From Pseudomonadota bacterium (lineage in GTDB: Bacteria > Pseudomonadota > Gammaproteobacteria > JAKAQQ01): DNA of 64,000 bases. Made by a program: the position numbers and the translations under genes. The notes below the pieces were generated by a model that was not told where the DNA came from, did no database searches, and was given only the letters and a program-made list of their open reading frames with translations. Shown piece after piece: positions 7,819-17,778 of the stretch (the first letter of the stretch is position 1; each line of letters begins with the position of its first letter). The stretch is taken from contig DAHVLZ010000018.1 of assembly GCA_027320085.1 (NCBI GenBank), positions 96,214-160,213 on the forward strand, written 5' to 3'.

Positions 7819-10779
7819 CTACTCCAGCCGGTCCAGTTCTTCCAGCTGACGGGCAAGCTCTCCGCAGTGAAGTTCAAGAGCAGCCAGGCGGACCTGCTCG
7901 CTCTCGATCAGGGAGCCGGGTGCCCGGTTGCGAAAGCTGGGATTTTCAAGGCGGGACTGGACCTGGGTCTTCTGCCGGGAAGCATTTTCGAACTCCTGAC
8001 GGAGACGGGCGCTTTCGGCCCCGCGATCGATGTGACCGCTCAGGGTGAGCCAGAGCGTGGCGGGGAGGGTCACGACGGTCGCAGATCCCGGTGGTTTGGG
8101 TGATCCGGCCGGCATTTCCTCGCAGGCCTCGAGCCTGGCCAAAAGCCGGATAGAGGCGATTTCGCGCCGGATGATCGCAGCCTCATCCGCATCATTCGCC
8201 GTCATCACAAAAGCGGCCTGGAGTCTTTTTGCATCCGCAATCCGATAGGCCGACCGGGTACGGCGGATCGCCATGATGAGCTCCTGCAGCCGCAAAACCC
8301 CACGCTCGAGTGATGCATCCCGGTCCTCCACGATCGGGGAGGGCGTGGCGGCGGTCAGGATCCGGTCCGGGCCTTCCGGGTGCAGCCAGGCGAGTCTCCC
8401 CCACAACTCCTCGGTAATGAAGGGGATGACGGGGTGCAGCAGGCGCAAGAGCGCGTTGTAGGTTCCCACGAGGGTGGAGCGGGTTTCGGCGCAGATGGCC
8501 TCATCCCCGGATGCGGAAACCAGCAGGTTTTTGGCAACCTCGAGATACCAGTCACAAAACTCGTTCCAGGTGAACTCGTAGAGGTGGCCCGCGAGTTCGT
8601 CGAACCGATAGTTGCCGAGTGCTTCCTCAACAGCCCCGCAGACGGACGCCAGACGGGAACGGATCCAGCGGTTCCAGACATGCGTGGCCGGCGTGGGGGG
8701 GACGGGTTGTCCACACAGCTGTTGGATCAGCCGGCCAGCATTCCAGAGCTTGTTGCAGAAATTGCGGTAACCGGCAACCCGCTTCAAGTCGAAACGCAAA
8801 TCGCGCCCGGGTGCGGCAAGAGCGGTAAAGGTAAAACGCAAGGCATCGGTCCCGAAGGCCGGAATGCCCTGCGGGTATTCCTTGCGGGTTTGGGTCTCGA
8901 TTTTCCGGGCTTGGTTCGAGAGCAATAGACCCCGGGTTCGTTTTTGGACCAGGGTTTCGAGGCCGATGCCGTCGATCAGGTCGAGTGGGTCGAGCACGTT
9001 GCCCTTGGATTTGGACATTTTCTGTCCTTCGGCATCGCGGACCAAGGCATGGACGTAGACCGTCCGGAACGGGACTTCGCCCATGACATGGAGTCCCATC
9101 ATCACCATGCGGGCCACCCAGAAAAAAATGATGTCGAAGCCCGTGACCAAAACCTCGGTCGGGTAGAAGGTCTTCAGGGCAGGGTCGTCTTGTGGCCAGC
9201 CCAAGGTGGCAAAGGGCCAGAGCGCTGAGGAAAACCAGGTGTCGAGAACGTCCGGGTCCTGGTGGAGCGGGTGGCTTGGATCCAGTGCATGGCGACGGCG
9301 AACATCGGCTTCGTCGTGGCCGGTGTACCATCGCCCCTGATCGTCACACCAGGCCGGGATCCGGTGACCCCACCAGAGCTGCCGGCTGATGCACCAGTCC
9401 TGGATATTGTGCATCCAGTCAAAAAAGTTCTGAGCCCAGTTTTCCGGGACGAACCGGATCCGCCCGCTTTCCACAGCCCGGATCGCCGGTTCCGCGAGCG
9501 GCCGGGTCTGGACGAACCATTGGCGGGTGAGCATCGGTTCGATGATGGCCCCGGAACGTTCACCGCGGGGGATGGACAGGCGGTGCGCTTCAGTCTTCTC
9601 AACGCGTCCTGCGGCTTCGAGCTCGCGAATCAGCTGCTCACGGGCTTTGAGACGATCGAGTCCCCGGTAGGCCTCGGGAATGAGATGACCCCGGCCCAGC
9701 TCCGGTGCGTCCCATTCAAGGCCCGGCGGCAGCCAATGCAGCGGTTCTGGCGAGCCGGACTCGCGGGCGGCCCGGGCCGGCTCCGTCAGGCAGCCACGGG
9801 AATCCAGGATGCGGAACAAGGGCAGCGCCTCTTTTTCGTGGAGACGCTCCCAGACGGCAAAATCGTTGAAGTCGTGCGCCGGCGTGATCTTGACGCAACC
9901 GGTTCCGAAAGCCGGATCGACGAACGCATCGGCAATCACGGGAATCGTCCGCCCGCCGGTGGGCAACCACACCCGTTGCCCCACAAGGTCGTGGTAGCGT
10001 GAATCGTCGGGATGCACGGCCAGGGCCACGTCGCCGAACAGGGTTTCGGGGCGGGTGGTCGCGACCACGACCGCCGCTTGACCCCCGGTCCGCGGGTAGC
10101 GGAGGTACCAAAGCGTGCCCGCCTCCTCTTCGGCGCGGACCTCGAGGTCGGAGAGCGCTGTCTCCAGCTGGGGATCCCAGTTGACGAGACGCAATCCCCG
10201 GTAAATCAGGCCCTCTTCATGGAGCCGGATGAACACTTCGGACACGGCCCGGCTCATGGCGGGATCCAGCGTGAACCGTTCCCGGGACCAGTCTGCCGAA
10301 CAACCGAGCCGTTTCATCTGGTTGAGGATCATTCCACCGGAAGCCTCCTTCCAGGCCCAGACCCGCTCGAGGAAGGCTGTCCGTCCGAGGGTTATCCGGT
10401 TCAATCCCTCCCTCTCCAGTTCCCGTTCGACGACCATCTGCGTGGCGATGCCGGCATGATCGGTTCCGGTCTGCCAGAGCGCGCAGTCACCGTTCATGCG
10501 GGCCCTTCGGATCAGGATGTCCATGAGGGTGTCCTGGAAGGCGTGGCCCATGTGCAGCGTGCCGGTCACGTTGGGCGGAGGGAGCAGGATGCAGTAGGGG
10601 GTTCCCTGCCCGGAGGGTTTGAAGCCATCCCCTTCAAGCCACAGGGCGTAGAGCCGCTTTTCCACCTCGTGGGGCTCGTAGGCCTTGGGCAAGGGAAGAA
10701 TCGAGGCGTCTCGGATCGTCCGTTCTCCCCCTCCCGTGTCGTGATCGGCTGTCGGTTCAGGCGGTCGTGGTCGGCTCAT
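7819..10779 (-). CDS. valS: Valine--tRNA ligase
   Basis: PPPNVTGTLHMGH, DHAGIATQ, DWCISRQLWWGH, DVLDTWFSS and KMSKS motifs; C-terminal coiled coil. Confidence 0.99.
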   Translation of the reverse strand: MSRPRPPEPTADHDTGGGERTIRDASILPLPKAYEPHEVEKRLYALWLEGDGFKPSGQGTPYCILLPPPNVTGTLHMGHAFQDTLMDILIRRARMNGDCALWQTGTDHAGIATQMVVERELEREGLNRITLGRTAFLERVWAWKEASGGMILNQMKRLGCSADWSRERFTLDPAMSRAVSEVFIRLHEEGLIYRGLRLVNWDPQLETALSDLEVRAEEEAGTLWYLRYPRTGGQAAVVVATTRPETLFGDVALAVHPDDSRYHDLVGQRVWLPTGGRTIPVIADAFVDPAFGTGCVKITPAHDFNDFAVWERLHEKEALPLFRILDSRGCLTEPARAARESGSPEPLHWLPPGLEWDAPELGRGHLIPEAYRGLDRLKAREQLIRELEAAGRVEKTEAHRLSIPRGERSGAIIEPMLTRQWFVQTRPLAEPAIRAVESGRIRFVPENWAQNFFDWMHNIQDWCISRQLWWGHRIPAWCDDQGRWYTGHDEADVRRRHALDPSHPLHQDPDVLDTWFSSALWPFATLGWPQDDPALKTFYPTEVLVTGFDIIFFWVARMVMMGLHVMGEVPFRTVYVHALVRDAEGQKMSKSKGNVLDPLDLIDGIGLETLVQKRTRGLLLSNQARKIETQTRKEYPQGIPAFGTDALRFTFTALAAPGRDLRFDLKRVAGYRNFCNKLWNAGRLIQQLCGQPVPPTPATHVWNRWIRSRLASVCGAVEEALGNYRFDELAGHLYEFTWNEFCDWYLEVAKNLLVSASGDEAICAETRSTLVGTYNALLRLLHPVIPFITEELWGRLAWLHPEGPDRILTAATPSPIVEDRDASLERGVLRLQELIMAIRRTRSAYRIADAKRLQAAFVMTANDADEAAIIRREIASIRLLARLEACEEMPAGSPKPPGSATVVTLPATLWLTLSGHIDRGAESARLRQEFENASRQKTQVQSRLENPSFRNRAPGSLIESEQVRLAALELHCGELARQLEELDRLE

Positions 10780-10793
10780 CCTCCAAAAGCTCC

Positions 10794-12314
10794 TTATTCT
10801 GGAAGTTTCATGTTCCCGGGCAGCGGCGGGTCGGATTCCGCCGAGGATCCGGTTCCCGCCCGTTCATGGGCGGAGGATAGACGGTTGAGGAGGGGAACCA
10901 GCGCAGTGGACAAGATGGCGATGATCAACGCCGCGAGTCCGAGCATCATGAAGAGGTGCACGTAGATGGGCAGGGTCGTGACCGGATTGTGGAGGTTCTT
11001 GGGCACAGCGGCCAGGTTGGCCACCGCGCTCCCCAGATACTCGGAGGCGCCGACGCCGAGAAACCACGCCCCCATCATGAATCCGCGCATCCGTTGAGGC
11101 ACCAGCCGCGACACCATGGCCAGGCCGAGTCCGCTGATCAGGAGTTCGCCCAGGGACTGGAGACCGTAACCTGCGACCATCCATCCGGCCGAGATCCGGC
11201 CCAGGACCGCGAAATGGCCGCTCAGGGCATAGACGTAAAAAGCAGCGCTGACCAGGTACATGCCCAGGGCAAACTTGGTCGAGATCGTGAGATCCGAACC
11301 CCGGCGCCCGAAATAGTTGTACATCCAAGCCAGAATCGGGGAGGCGATCACGATCCAGAGCGGGTCGAGCACCTGGAATTGGGCCGGCTGGATCGGAATG
11401 CCCAGCCAGTGGTGCTCGACGTTGCGCAGGGCAAAGAGGGTGAGCGATGTGGACATCTGCTGGTAGAAAACAAAGAAAGCGATGGTCTCGAGTGTCAACA
11501 CAAGGCAGACGATGATCCCATTCCGTTCGCGAAGCGATCCCCGAAAAATCATGTAGAAGAACAGGCTGATGACCAGGAGACCCGTGATTGCAACCAGCAC
11601 CGTCGCCACAATGGTGTGCTGGATCACGTAGGCCATGAGAAACACAGTGGCCAGACTGCCACCTCCGACCATTGCGGTTTTCCCCCAGTGAAGGGGACGG
11701 CTATCCGGTGCGGATCCCACCCGTCCGAGGAACTTGCGCATCACGGCATAGTTGGCGAGACCCAGGGCCAGGCCGATCCAGCACAGCATGAAGGCCATAT
11801 GCCATCCATAGAGGGCCGCAATGATGGGTGTGAGGAACATGGAAATCAGCGAACCGATATTGACAGCGAGGTAATACAACGTGAAGGCACTGTCAATCCG
11901 CGAGGGCTCTCCGTGGTAGAGCTGTCCGATCAGGTTGCTGGGATTGGCCTTGAACAGTCCGTTACCGACCGCGATCACGGCCAGCGACAGGTAAAGCAGG
12001 CCGGCAACCGGGAGGGAAAGCAGAAAATAGCCGCCCAGCAAGGTCGCCGCGCCGATTACCATCGTGCGCCGTGACCCGAGAACAGAATCCCCGATCCAGC
12101 CGCCCAGGCAGGGGAGGGCATAGACGATGGCGGAAAAGGCCCCCCAACGGAGGTTGGCGGAGGCATCGCCCATGTGCATCCGCTGCACGAGGAAAAGCAC
12201 GAGCAGCGCGGCCATCCCGTAATAGCCGAACCGTTCCCACATCTCAATGAAGAAGATGGCGGTGAAGGAGCGTGACCGGTGTACCGGTGGGTTACCCTCA
12301 GGGATCCGTGACAT
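10794..12314 (-). CDS. POT/PTR family proton-dependent di-/tripeptide transporter (DtpA/TppB-like)
   Basis: EMWERFGYYG (ExxERFxYY) and GNGLFKAN / FTLYYLAVNIGS PTR motifs; ATG at 12314. Confidence 0.93.
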   Translation of the reverse strand: MSRIPEGNPPVHRSRSFTAIFFIEMWERFGYYGMAALLVLFLVQRMHMGDASANLRWGAFSAIVYALPCLGGWIGDSVLGSRRTMVIGAATLLGGYFLLSLPVAGLLYLSLAVIAVGNGLFKANPSNLIGQLYHGEPSRIDSAFTLYYLAVNIGSLISMFLTPIIAALYGWHMAFMLCWIGLALGLANYAVMRKFLGRVGSAPDSRPLHWGKTAMVGGGSLATVFLMAYVIQHTIVATVLVAITGLLVISLFFYMIFRGSLRERNGIIVCLVLTLETIAFFVFYQQMSTSLTLFALRNVEHHWLGIPIQPAQFQVLDPLWIVIASPILAWMYNYFGRRGSDLTISTKFALGMYLVSAAFYVYALSGHFAVLGRISAGWMVAGYGLQSLGELLISGLGLAMVSRLVPQRMRGFMMGAWFLGVGASEYLGSAVANLAAVPKNLHNPVTTLPIYVHLFMMLGLAALIIAILSTALVPLLNRLSSAHERAGTGSSAESDPPLPGNMKLPE

Positions 12315-12339
12315 GATTAAACTCCAACAAGAAGATCGG

Positions 12340-12777
12340 CTATTCTGCCGGTTTTGAGTCGTGCTCGTGAAATTCGAATCCGGCCTTCCGGTAGGCGGCT
12401 TCCCGTTCCTGGCTGGCCGCACTCTGACGCCGGGCCGGGGTCACAATTTCAGCAATCCGGTCATATCGCGCCCATTCGGGGGCGGGATGGTCAGGCTCGA
12501 CCCGGACCAACAGGGGATAGTGCTCCGGATCCCCCTCTCCCAGGCTGATCCAGACCGGGGCCCGCGGGTTGTGTTCTCGTCCGTGGGGAATGAAACTACG
12601 GTCCCGGAAGGTCCAGAGCAGTTGATCGAATGCTTCGGCCTCGGCCACATCCCGCACCTGGAGCACCAGGCGGTAGCCTTGCCGGACTGCCTTTTCGACC
12701 AGTCGGCAGACGAAACGGTTTCGGACGGCCGGCTCTTCCGGTCGGCTTTCCAGATAGTAGCGATCTACTCGGGGCAT
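12340..12777 (-). CDS. holC: DNA polymerase III chi subunit
   Basis: FVCRLVEKA, DQLLWTFRDRSFIPH and RIAEIV motifs; canonical position after pepA. Confidence 0.92.
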   Translation of the reverse strand: MPRVDRYYLESRPEEPAVRNRFVCRLVEKAVRQGYRLVLQVRDVAEAEAFDQLLWTFRDRSFIPHGREHNPRAPVWISLGEGDPEHYPLLVRVEPDHPAPEWARYDRIAEIVTPARRQSAASQEREAAYRKAGFEFHEHDSKPAE

Positions 12778-14310
12778 TCAGTCAGCCGCACGGGCCTGAT
12801 CCAGGAGATACTGGGCGAACAGGGGAACCGGACGACCGGTGGCCCCTTTCTGGGCACCGGTTTTCCAGGCCGTTCCAGCAATGTCAAGATGGATCCAGGG
12901 CACTTCGTGGACAAAGCGCCAGAGGAAGCAGGCCGCCGTGATGGCCCCGGCATCCCGCCCGCCGATATTCGCAAAATCGGCGAAGTTACTGGAGAGGGCG
13001 TCCTGGTAGTCGTCCCAGAGCGGCATGCGCCAGACGGGATCCACCGCGTTCTCTGCGGCTTTTTCAAAATCCCGGGCCAGACCCTCATGATTCGAGAAAA
13101 GGCCACTCGGATGATGGCCCAAGGCAACCACGCAGGCTCCGGTCAGGGTTGCGGCATCGAGGAGGATGCGGGGCTTGTAGTTCCTCTGTACATAGGTCAT
13201 GGCATCACAGAGGACGAGGCGGCCTTCTGCATCGGTGTTCAGGATTTCAATGGTCTGACCGGAAAGGGAACGGACGATGTCTCCCGGTTTGACTGCCCGT
13301 CCTCCCGGCATATTTTCAGCCGCGGCAATCACCCCGACCACAGAAAGAGGCAGATTGAGCAGAGAAACGGTCTGGAGCGTGCCCAGCACCGAGGCCGCCC
13401 CACACATGTCGAACTTCATCTCGTCCATGGCGGCTGCCGGTTTGATGGAGATGCCGCCGGAATCGAACGTGATGCCCTTGCCGACGAGGGCGACCGGTGC
13501 CTGACCGGCACGGCCGCCCCGGTATTCGAGCACGATGAGACGGGGAGGCTCCGCGCTGCCCTGGGCCACGGCCAGCAGGGCATTCATTCCGAGCGATTCC
13601 ATTTCCTTCTCCGTGAGGATCCGGATCCGGAAACGGGAGTTTTGTGCGGCCAGCTTGCGGGCCTCGGCGGCGAGATGGCGGGGAGTGGCCAGGTTGGGCG
13701 GACGATTGCCCAAATCGCGGCAAAGCCTCACGCCTTGAGCGATGGCTTGGCCGTCCCGGATCGCCTGGCGGATGCTTCCATCCGGTCCCGCATCGGGGCC
13801 GAGGCACAGGTGGACCTTTTCGAGGCGTGGCGGGACGGCTCGGTTTCCTCCGGTGCCGCGGCACTCGATGAAACGGTAGAGCGCATCATGCGTGGCCTCG
13901 ACTGCCTGGCGAATCTGCCAGGTGGCAGGCATGCCCTCCAGGGGAAGGGCGGTGAGTGTGTTGACGACACTGTGATTCCCGGCCCGGACCAGCCGCTCCA
14001 TGACCGAGCCCAGAATTCCCCGGAACCGTCTCCGGGTGAGTTTCCCCGGTTTGCCGAGACCGACGAAGAGCACTTCCTGTACCCGGCTCCCGGCTGGAGC
14101 ATATCCCGAGAGTATCTGACCCGGCCGGGCTTCAAATCCTCGGCTCTTGAGCCATTCCTGAACAGGCCGGTTGAGGAGTCGATCGAGATTCCCGAGCACT
14201 CCGGTCAGGCGAAGATCCGTATGAAGACCAACCACCAAAGTGTCCGCCATCACGGTTTCCGGATTTTTTCGAATCGTCGTAAACTGTACCGAAGTGCTGC
14301 GTTGAGGCAT
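12778..14310 (-). CDS. pepA: Leucyl aminopeptidase (M17)
   Basis: VGKGITFDSGG, MKFDMCG, NTDAEGRL and HLDIAG motifs; ATG at 14310 with GGAG upstream is the preferred start (ORF extends to 14361). Confidence 0.97.
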   Translation of the reverse strand: MPQRSTSVQFTTIRKNPETVMADTLVVGLHTDLRLTGVLGNLDRLLNRPVQEWLKSRGFEARPGQILSGYAPAGSRVQEVLFVGLGKPGKLTRRRFRGILGSVMERLVRAGNHSVVNTLTALPLEGMPATWQIRQAVEATHDALYRFIECRGTGGNRAVPPRLEKVHLCLGPDAGPDGSIRQAIRDGQAIAQGVRLCRDLGNRPPNLATPRHLAAEARKLAAQNSRFRIRILTEKEMESLGMNALLAVAQGSAEPPRLIVLEYRGGRAGQAPVALVGKGITFDSGGISIKPAAAMDEMKFDMCGAASVLGTLQTVSLLNLPLSVVGVIAAAENMPGGRAVKPGDIVRSLSGQTIEILNTDAEGRLVLCDAMTYVQRNYKPRILLDAATLTGACVVALGHHPSGLFSNHEGLARDFEKAAENAVDPVWRMPLWDDYQDALSSNFADFANIGGRDAGAITAACFLWRFVHEVPWIHLDIAGTAWKTGAQKGATGRPVPLFAQYLLDQARAAD

Positions 14311-14422
14311 TGGCAAGGCTCCCATGGCCAGAGGTGAAGTCCGTTGCAGGGGCAACGGCAAGTGAATAGTCTACCCGATCGGATGTTCTGCATCCGCCCT
14401 CCGGCCGCTTCCGGATAGGATC

Positions 14423-15523
14423 GTGTCCCGCGTTCTAAACCGTTATCTGTTCCGGGAGACCCTGGGGACCGCACTCATGGTGCTCTCGGTGTTGCTCCTG
14501 ATTCTTGTGGCCAGTCGTTTCTCGAACTACATCGGACAGGCTGCCTCTGGCCTCCTGCCCAAACAACTGGTCTTTCAGATGCTCGGGCTCAACGTATTGG
14601 GATACCTGTCGGTTCTTGTGCCCGGATCGGTTTTCCTGTCGGTCCTTTTGACCTTGGGGCGACTGTATCGCGACAACGAGATGTCGGCGATTTCGGCCTG
14701 CGGCATCAGCCCGCTCCAGATGTACCGTGCCCTTTTTGCCTTGGGCCTGCTCTTTGCCCTGGGAACGGCCATCCTGTCCTTCTGGATTGCCCCATGGGCT
14801 GTCCGCCAGTCCGTGGCCTTGCGGGACCAGAGCACCGAGATCACCCGTTATGGCCTGTTCCAGGCCGGGCAGTTTCATCAGATTCCAAGCCTCGGGGCCA
14901 CTTTTTATGCGGGCCGGACGAGTCCGCATGGACGCCGGGTCTACGATGTCCTGATTGAATCCCAGAAAAGGGGACGGGTCGACATCGTGACGGCTCATCG
15001 TGGGGTGTTCATCCCGGCGCCGTACCGGGGAGGAAGCCGGACCCTTATCCTCGAGCAGGGTTACCGTTACGAGGGACATCTTGATTCCGCCCGTTTCGAC
15101 CGCATCCGCTTTCGCGAGTACGGGGTCAACCTGAGGCTCGTCCCGGATCATGAACCCACCCGCTATTCGGAATCCGGCCGGAGAACCGGAGCCCTGTGGG
15201 CGGATCCCACTCCGCGTAACCTGGCCCAGCTGCAATGGCGCTTCAGTGCACCGCTCAGTGTCTTGATCCTGATCTTCCTGGCGCTGCCCCTTGCCCGCAC
15301 CGCCCCTCGCGAGGGGCGAGCCCTCAAGATTTTCATGGGCATCCTCCTCTACCTCCTGTATTCGAACCTGATGGGAATCGGAAAGGTCTGGGTCGCGCAC
15401 CAGATCGTTTCCCCGGTGCTCGGCCTCTGGTGGGTGCATGGCCTCTTTGTCCTGATCGGTGGCATTCTCCTCGCCCGCCTGTATGAAATCCGGCTCCTGC
15501 CGAGTTTCGGAAGACCTTCATGA
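14423..15523 (+). CDS. lptF: LPS export ABC transporter permease LptF
   Basis: LNRYLFRE, LGRLYRDNEM and QLQWRFSAPL; divergent from pepA as in gammaproteobacteria. Confidence 0.95.
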   Translation: MSRVLNRYLFRETLGTALMVLSVLLLILVASRFSNYIGQAASGLLPKQLVFQMLGLNVLGYLSVLVPGSVFLSVLLTLGRLYRDNEMSAISACGISPLQMYRALFALGLLFALGTAILSFWIAPWAVRQSVALRDQSTEITRYGLFQAGQFHQIPSLGATFYAGRTSPHGRRVYDVLIESQKRGRVDIVTAHRGVFIPAPYRGGSRTLILEQGYRYEGHLDSARFDRIRFREYGVNLRLVPDHEPTRYSESGRRTGALWADPTPRNLAQLQWRFSAPLSVLILIFLALPLARTAPREGRALKIFMGILLYLLYSNLMGIGKVWVAHQIVSPVLGLWWVHGLFVLIGGILLARLYEIRLLPSFGRPS

Positions 15524-16584
15524 ACCTGGTCGACCGCTACCTCGCACGCAACGTCATCACCGGGACTTTCCTCGCGATTGTGATCCTGACGGTCATCTCG
15601 GGTTTCCTCACTTTTGTGAGTCAACTACACAATGTCGGGATCCAGAACTACACGATCGGGACCGCGTTGCTTTATACCAGTTCGACTCTCCCCGAATGGA
15701 TCAGTGACATTTTCCCGGCCGGTACGTTGATCGGTTCCCTGATGGCTCTGGGCGCCCTGGCCCATGCCAATGAACTGCTGGTGTTCCGGGCAACCGGTGC
15801 TTCCCTGATCCGCCTGGCCCGTTCCCTTGCACTGGCGGCGCTGGTCCTGGTCTTGGTTTTTGTGGTTCTCGCGGAGTTTATCGCCCCGCCCACCAAGCGT
15901 TACGCGGAAAGTGAAAGGGCGCTCGCCCTCTACCACCAGACCGCCCTCCTGGGTCCTTTTGGGCTCTGGGCTCGCGACGGGAGGCTCGTGGTCAATGTCG
16001 CCCGGATGGGGAGACATCATCAGTTCGAAGGCATCCATATCTTTCGCCTGGAGCCCCATCACCGGCTGGCTGCTGTGGGTTACGCCCGCAAGGCCTTGTA
16101 TCGTCACCACCACTGGATTCTCGAGGACCTCAATGAAACGGAGTTTGCGGGCCGGCATCTCGTGGTCCGTCACGTTCCCCGGTCGACCTGGCCCAAACTG
16201 TTAAGTCCGGATCTTTTCAAGGTGCTGATCGTGAATCCCGGCAACCTGTCGGGCGTGGGTCTCTGGCGATATATCCGCTACCTGCACCACAACCATCTCA
16301 GTGCCGAACATTACGAGATCGCCTTCTGGAAAAAGATCGCCGACTTTCTTTCCATTCCCATCATGGTCTGCTTTTCACTACCTTTCCTGTTCGGATCCAC
16401 CCGGACCCGGGGCGCCAGTTACCGGCTTTTTATCGGCGTGGGAGCCGGGTTGCTCTACTACTTCCTCGACAATGTGGCCGTCAGCATGGGGGATGCCTTC
16501 CGCTGGCCACCGTTTTTGGTGGCGTTTGGCCCGTTGATCCTTTTCAGTGGACTTACTGCTATACTCATTCACCAGACGACCTGA
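15520..16584 (+). CDS. lptG: LPS export ABC transporter permease LptG
   Basis: LVDRYLAR, LGALAHANELLVFRATG and GLWARDG; ATGA overlap with lptF. Confidence 0.95.
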   Translation: MNLVDRYLARNVITGTFLAIVILTVISGFLTFVSQLHNVGIQNYTIGTALLYTSSTLPEWISDIFPAGTLIGSLMALGALAHANELLVFRATGASLIRLARSLALAALVLVLVFVVLAEFIAPPTKRYAESERALALYHQTALLGPFGLWARDGRLVVNVARMGRHHQFEGIHIFRLEPHHRLAAVGYARKALYRHHHWILEDLNETEFAGRHLVVRHVPRSTWPKLLSPDLFKVLIVNPGNLSGVGLWRYIRYLHHNHLSAEHYEIAFWKKIADFLSIPIMVCFSLPFLFGSTRTRGASYRLFIGVGAGLLYYFLDNVAVSMGDAFRWPPFLVAFGPLILFSGLTAILIHQTT

Positions 16585-16605
16585 ATCTGAGCTTATTTCT
16601 TCACC

Positions 16606-17172
16606 GTGCCCCTGCGCAATGACTCGGACAACTGGGGGGGAGTGGCCAAGACCTTGCACTGGTCGGTGGCGGGACTGATTTTCGCGCAACTGGCGCTCGG
16701 ATGGATGGCGGTCGCCTGGCCGCTCACCCCAACCAAGTTGTACCTCTTCATCTGGCACAAGTCCCTGGGCTTGGTCATCCTGTTCCTGGTCCTGATCCGG
16801 CTGGCCTGGCGTTTCTCCGGACCCCGGCCGAAGTTTCCCGCTTCTACGACGGTCTGGCAGAGGCGGAGCGCGGAGACCGTTCATGGATTGCTCTATGCGA
16901 TCCTGGTCCTCCTGCCGATCACGGGATGGCTTTTCAACTCGGCACTTGGCGTGCCGTTCCGCTTTCTGGGCTGGTTTCGCTGGCCCGCCCTGATTCCGCC
17001 CGATCGGGCCCAGGCCCGGCTTTTGCTCGACCTCCATGTCTTCCTCGGATTGTGTCTCGTGGTTTTGCTGTCCCTGCATGTTCTGGCTGCCCTCTGGCAC
17101 CATCGGGTCCGCCACGATTCGACCCTGAAGCGGATGCTGCCCGGCGTCCGGGTACCGCCAGCGGAATCATGA
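16606..17172 (+). CDS. Cytochrome b561 family protein
   Basis: LHWSVA, WHKSLG, LHVLAALWH and D-x-TLKRM heme-ligand motifs; four TM helices. Confidence 0.9.
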   Translation: MPLRNDSDNWGGVAKTLHWSVAGLIFAQLALGWMAVAWPLTPTKLYLFIWHKSLGLVILFLVLIRLAWRFSGPRPKFPASTTVWQRRSAETVHGLLYAILVLLPITGWLFNSALGVPFRFLGWFRWPALIPPDRAQARLLLDLHVFLGLCLVVLLSLHVLAALWHHRVRHDSTLKRMLPGVRVPPAES

Positions 17173-17753
17173 TTCCGGGTTGGCGCCGCGCTTTTTGGGC
17201 CGCTTTCGGAATCGCGGCTGGGTGGATGCTCGGCCCACCCGGGGCAGGGGCTGCCGTTTTCTGGCACAACGCCCAATCCCCATCCCGACTGGTTTTTTTC
17301 GTCCATTGGGAATCGAGCACTATTCGGGGCCGTTTCCCCGCATTTCACTGTCTCTTGGAGACCACGCCGTCCGGGCAACCCCGCCTCCTCAAGGTGGTGA
17401 TCTCGACGCGATTGGTTCATTTCCAAAGCTCGCTTCTGGAAGGCCCGGCCCGGAGTGCAACCTGGTTCGACATCCGAACCTACCCGCAGGCCGTTTTTTC
17501 AAGCCGCAAGTTCCGGCAGCGGGGCCCGGGCAAGTACCAGGCCACCGGCAACCTCCTGCTCAAGGGGATCCACCACCCGGTCCGCATCCGATTTACCCTG
17601 CAAACCCTAAAACCCGGTGTTCTCCTCCTGATCGGAACCGGGCGGGTCCGTCGCCAGGATTTCGGCATTGGCAGTGGGACATGGCAAAAGAGTTCGGTGA
17701 TCGGAAGCCAGGTCATCCTTCACTTCCGTGTTGGGTTCATTCCCGGGCCGTGA
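17169..17753 (+). CDS. YceI family periplasmic polyisoprenoid-binding protein
   Basis: Signal peptide; SRLVF, GRF, WFD-x3-YP-x-A-x-F, G-x-L-x-LKG and R-x-DFGIG motifs; ATGA overlap with cytochrome b561. Confidence 0.85.
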   Translation: MIPGWRRAFWAAFGIAAGWMLGPPGAGAAVFWHNAQSPSRLVFFVHWESSTIRGRFPAFHCLLETTPSGQPRLLKVVISTRLVHFQSSLLEGPARSATWFDIRTYPQAVFSSRKFRQRGPGKYQATGNLLLKGIHHPVRIRFTLQTLKPGVLLLIGTGRVRRQDFGIGSGTWQKSSVIGSQVILHFRVGFIPGP

Positions 17754-17778
17754 GCCCCCACGCACGCGGGAATCTCTC

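Noticed and set aside
8870-8990. Insertion in ValRS after KMSKS (DGIGLETLVQKRTRG...YPQGIPAF)
   Set aside because: Known beta/gamma-proteobacterial signature insert; useful for taxonomy but not novel
12361-14337. 658-aa plus-strand ORF antisense to pepA/holC
   Set aside because: Shadow ORF typical of GC-rich codon bias; no recognisable motifs; the opposite strand holds well-conserved genes
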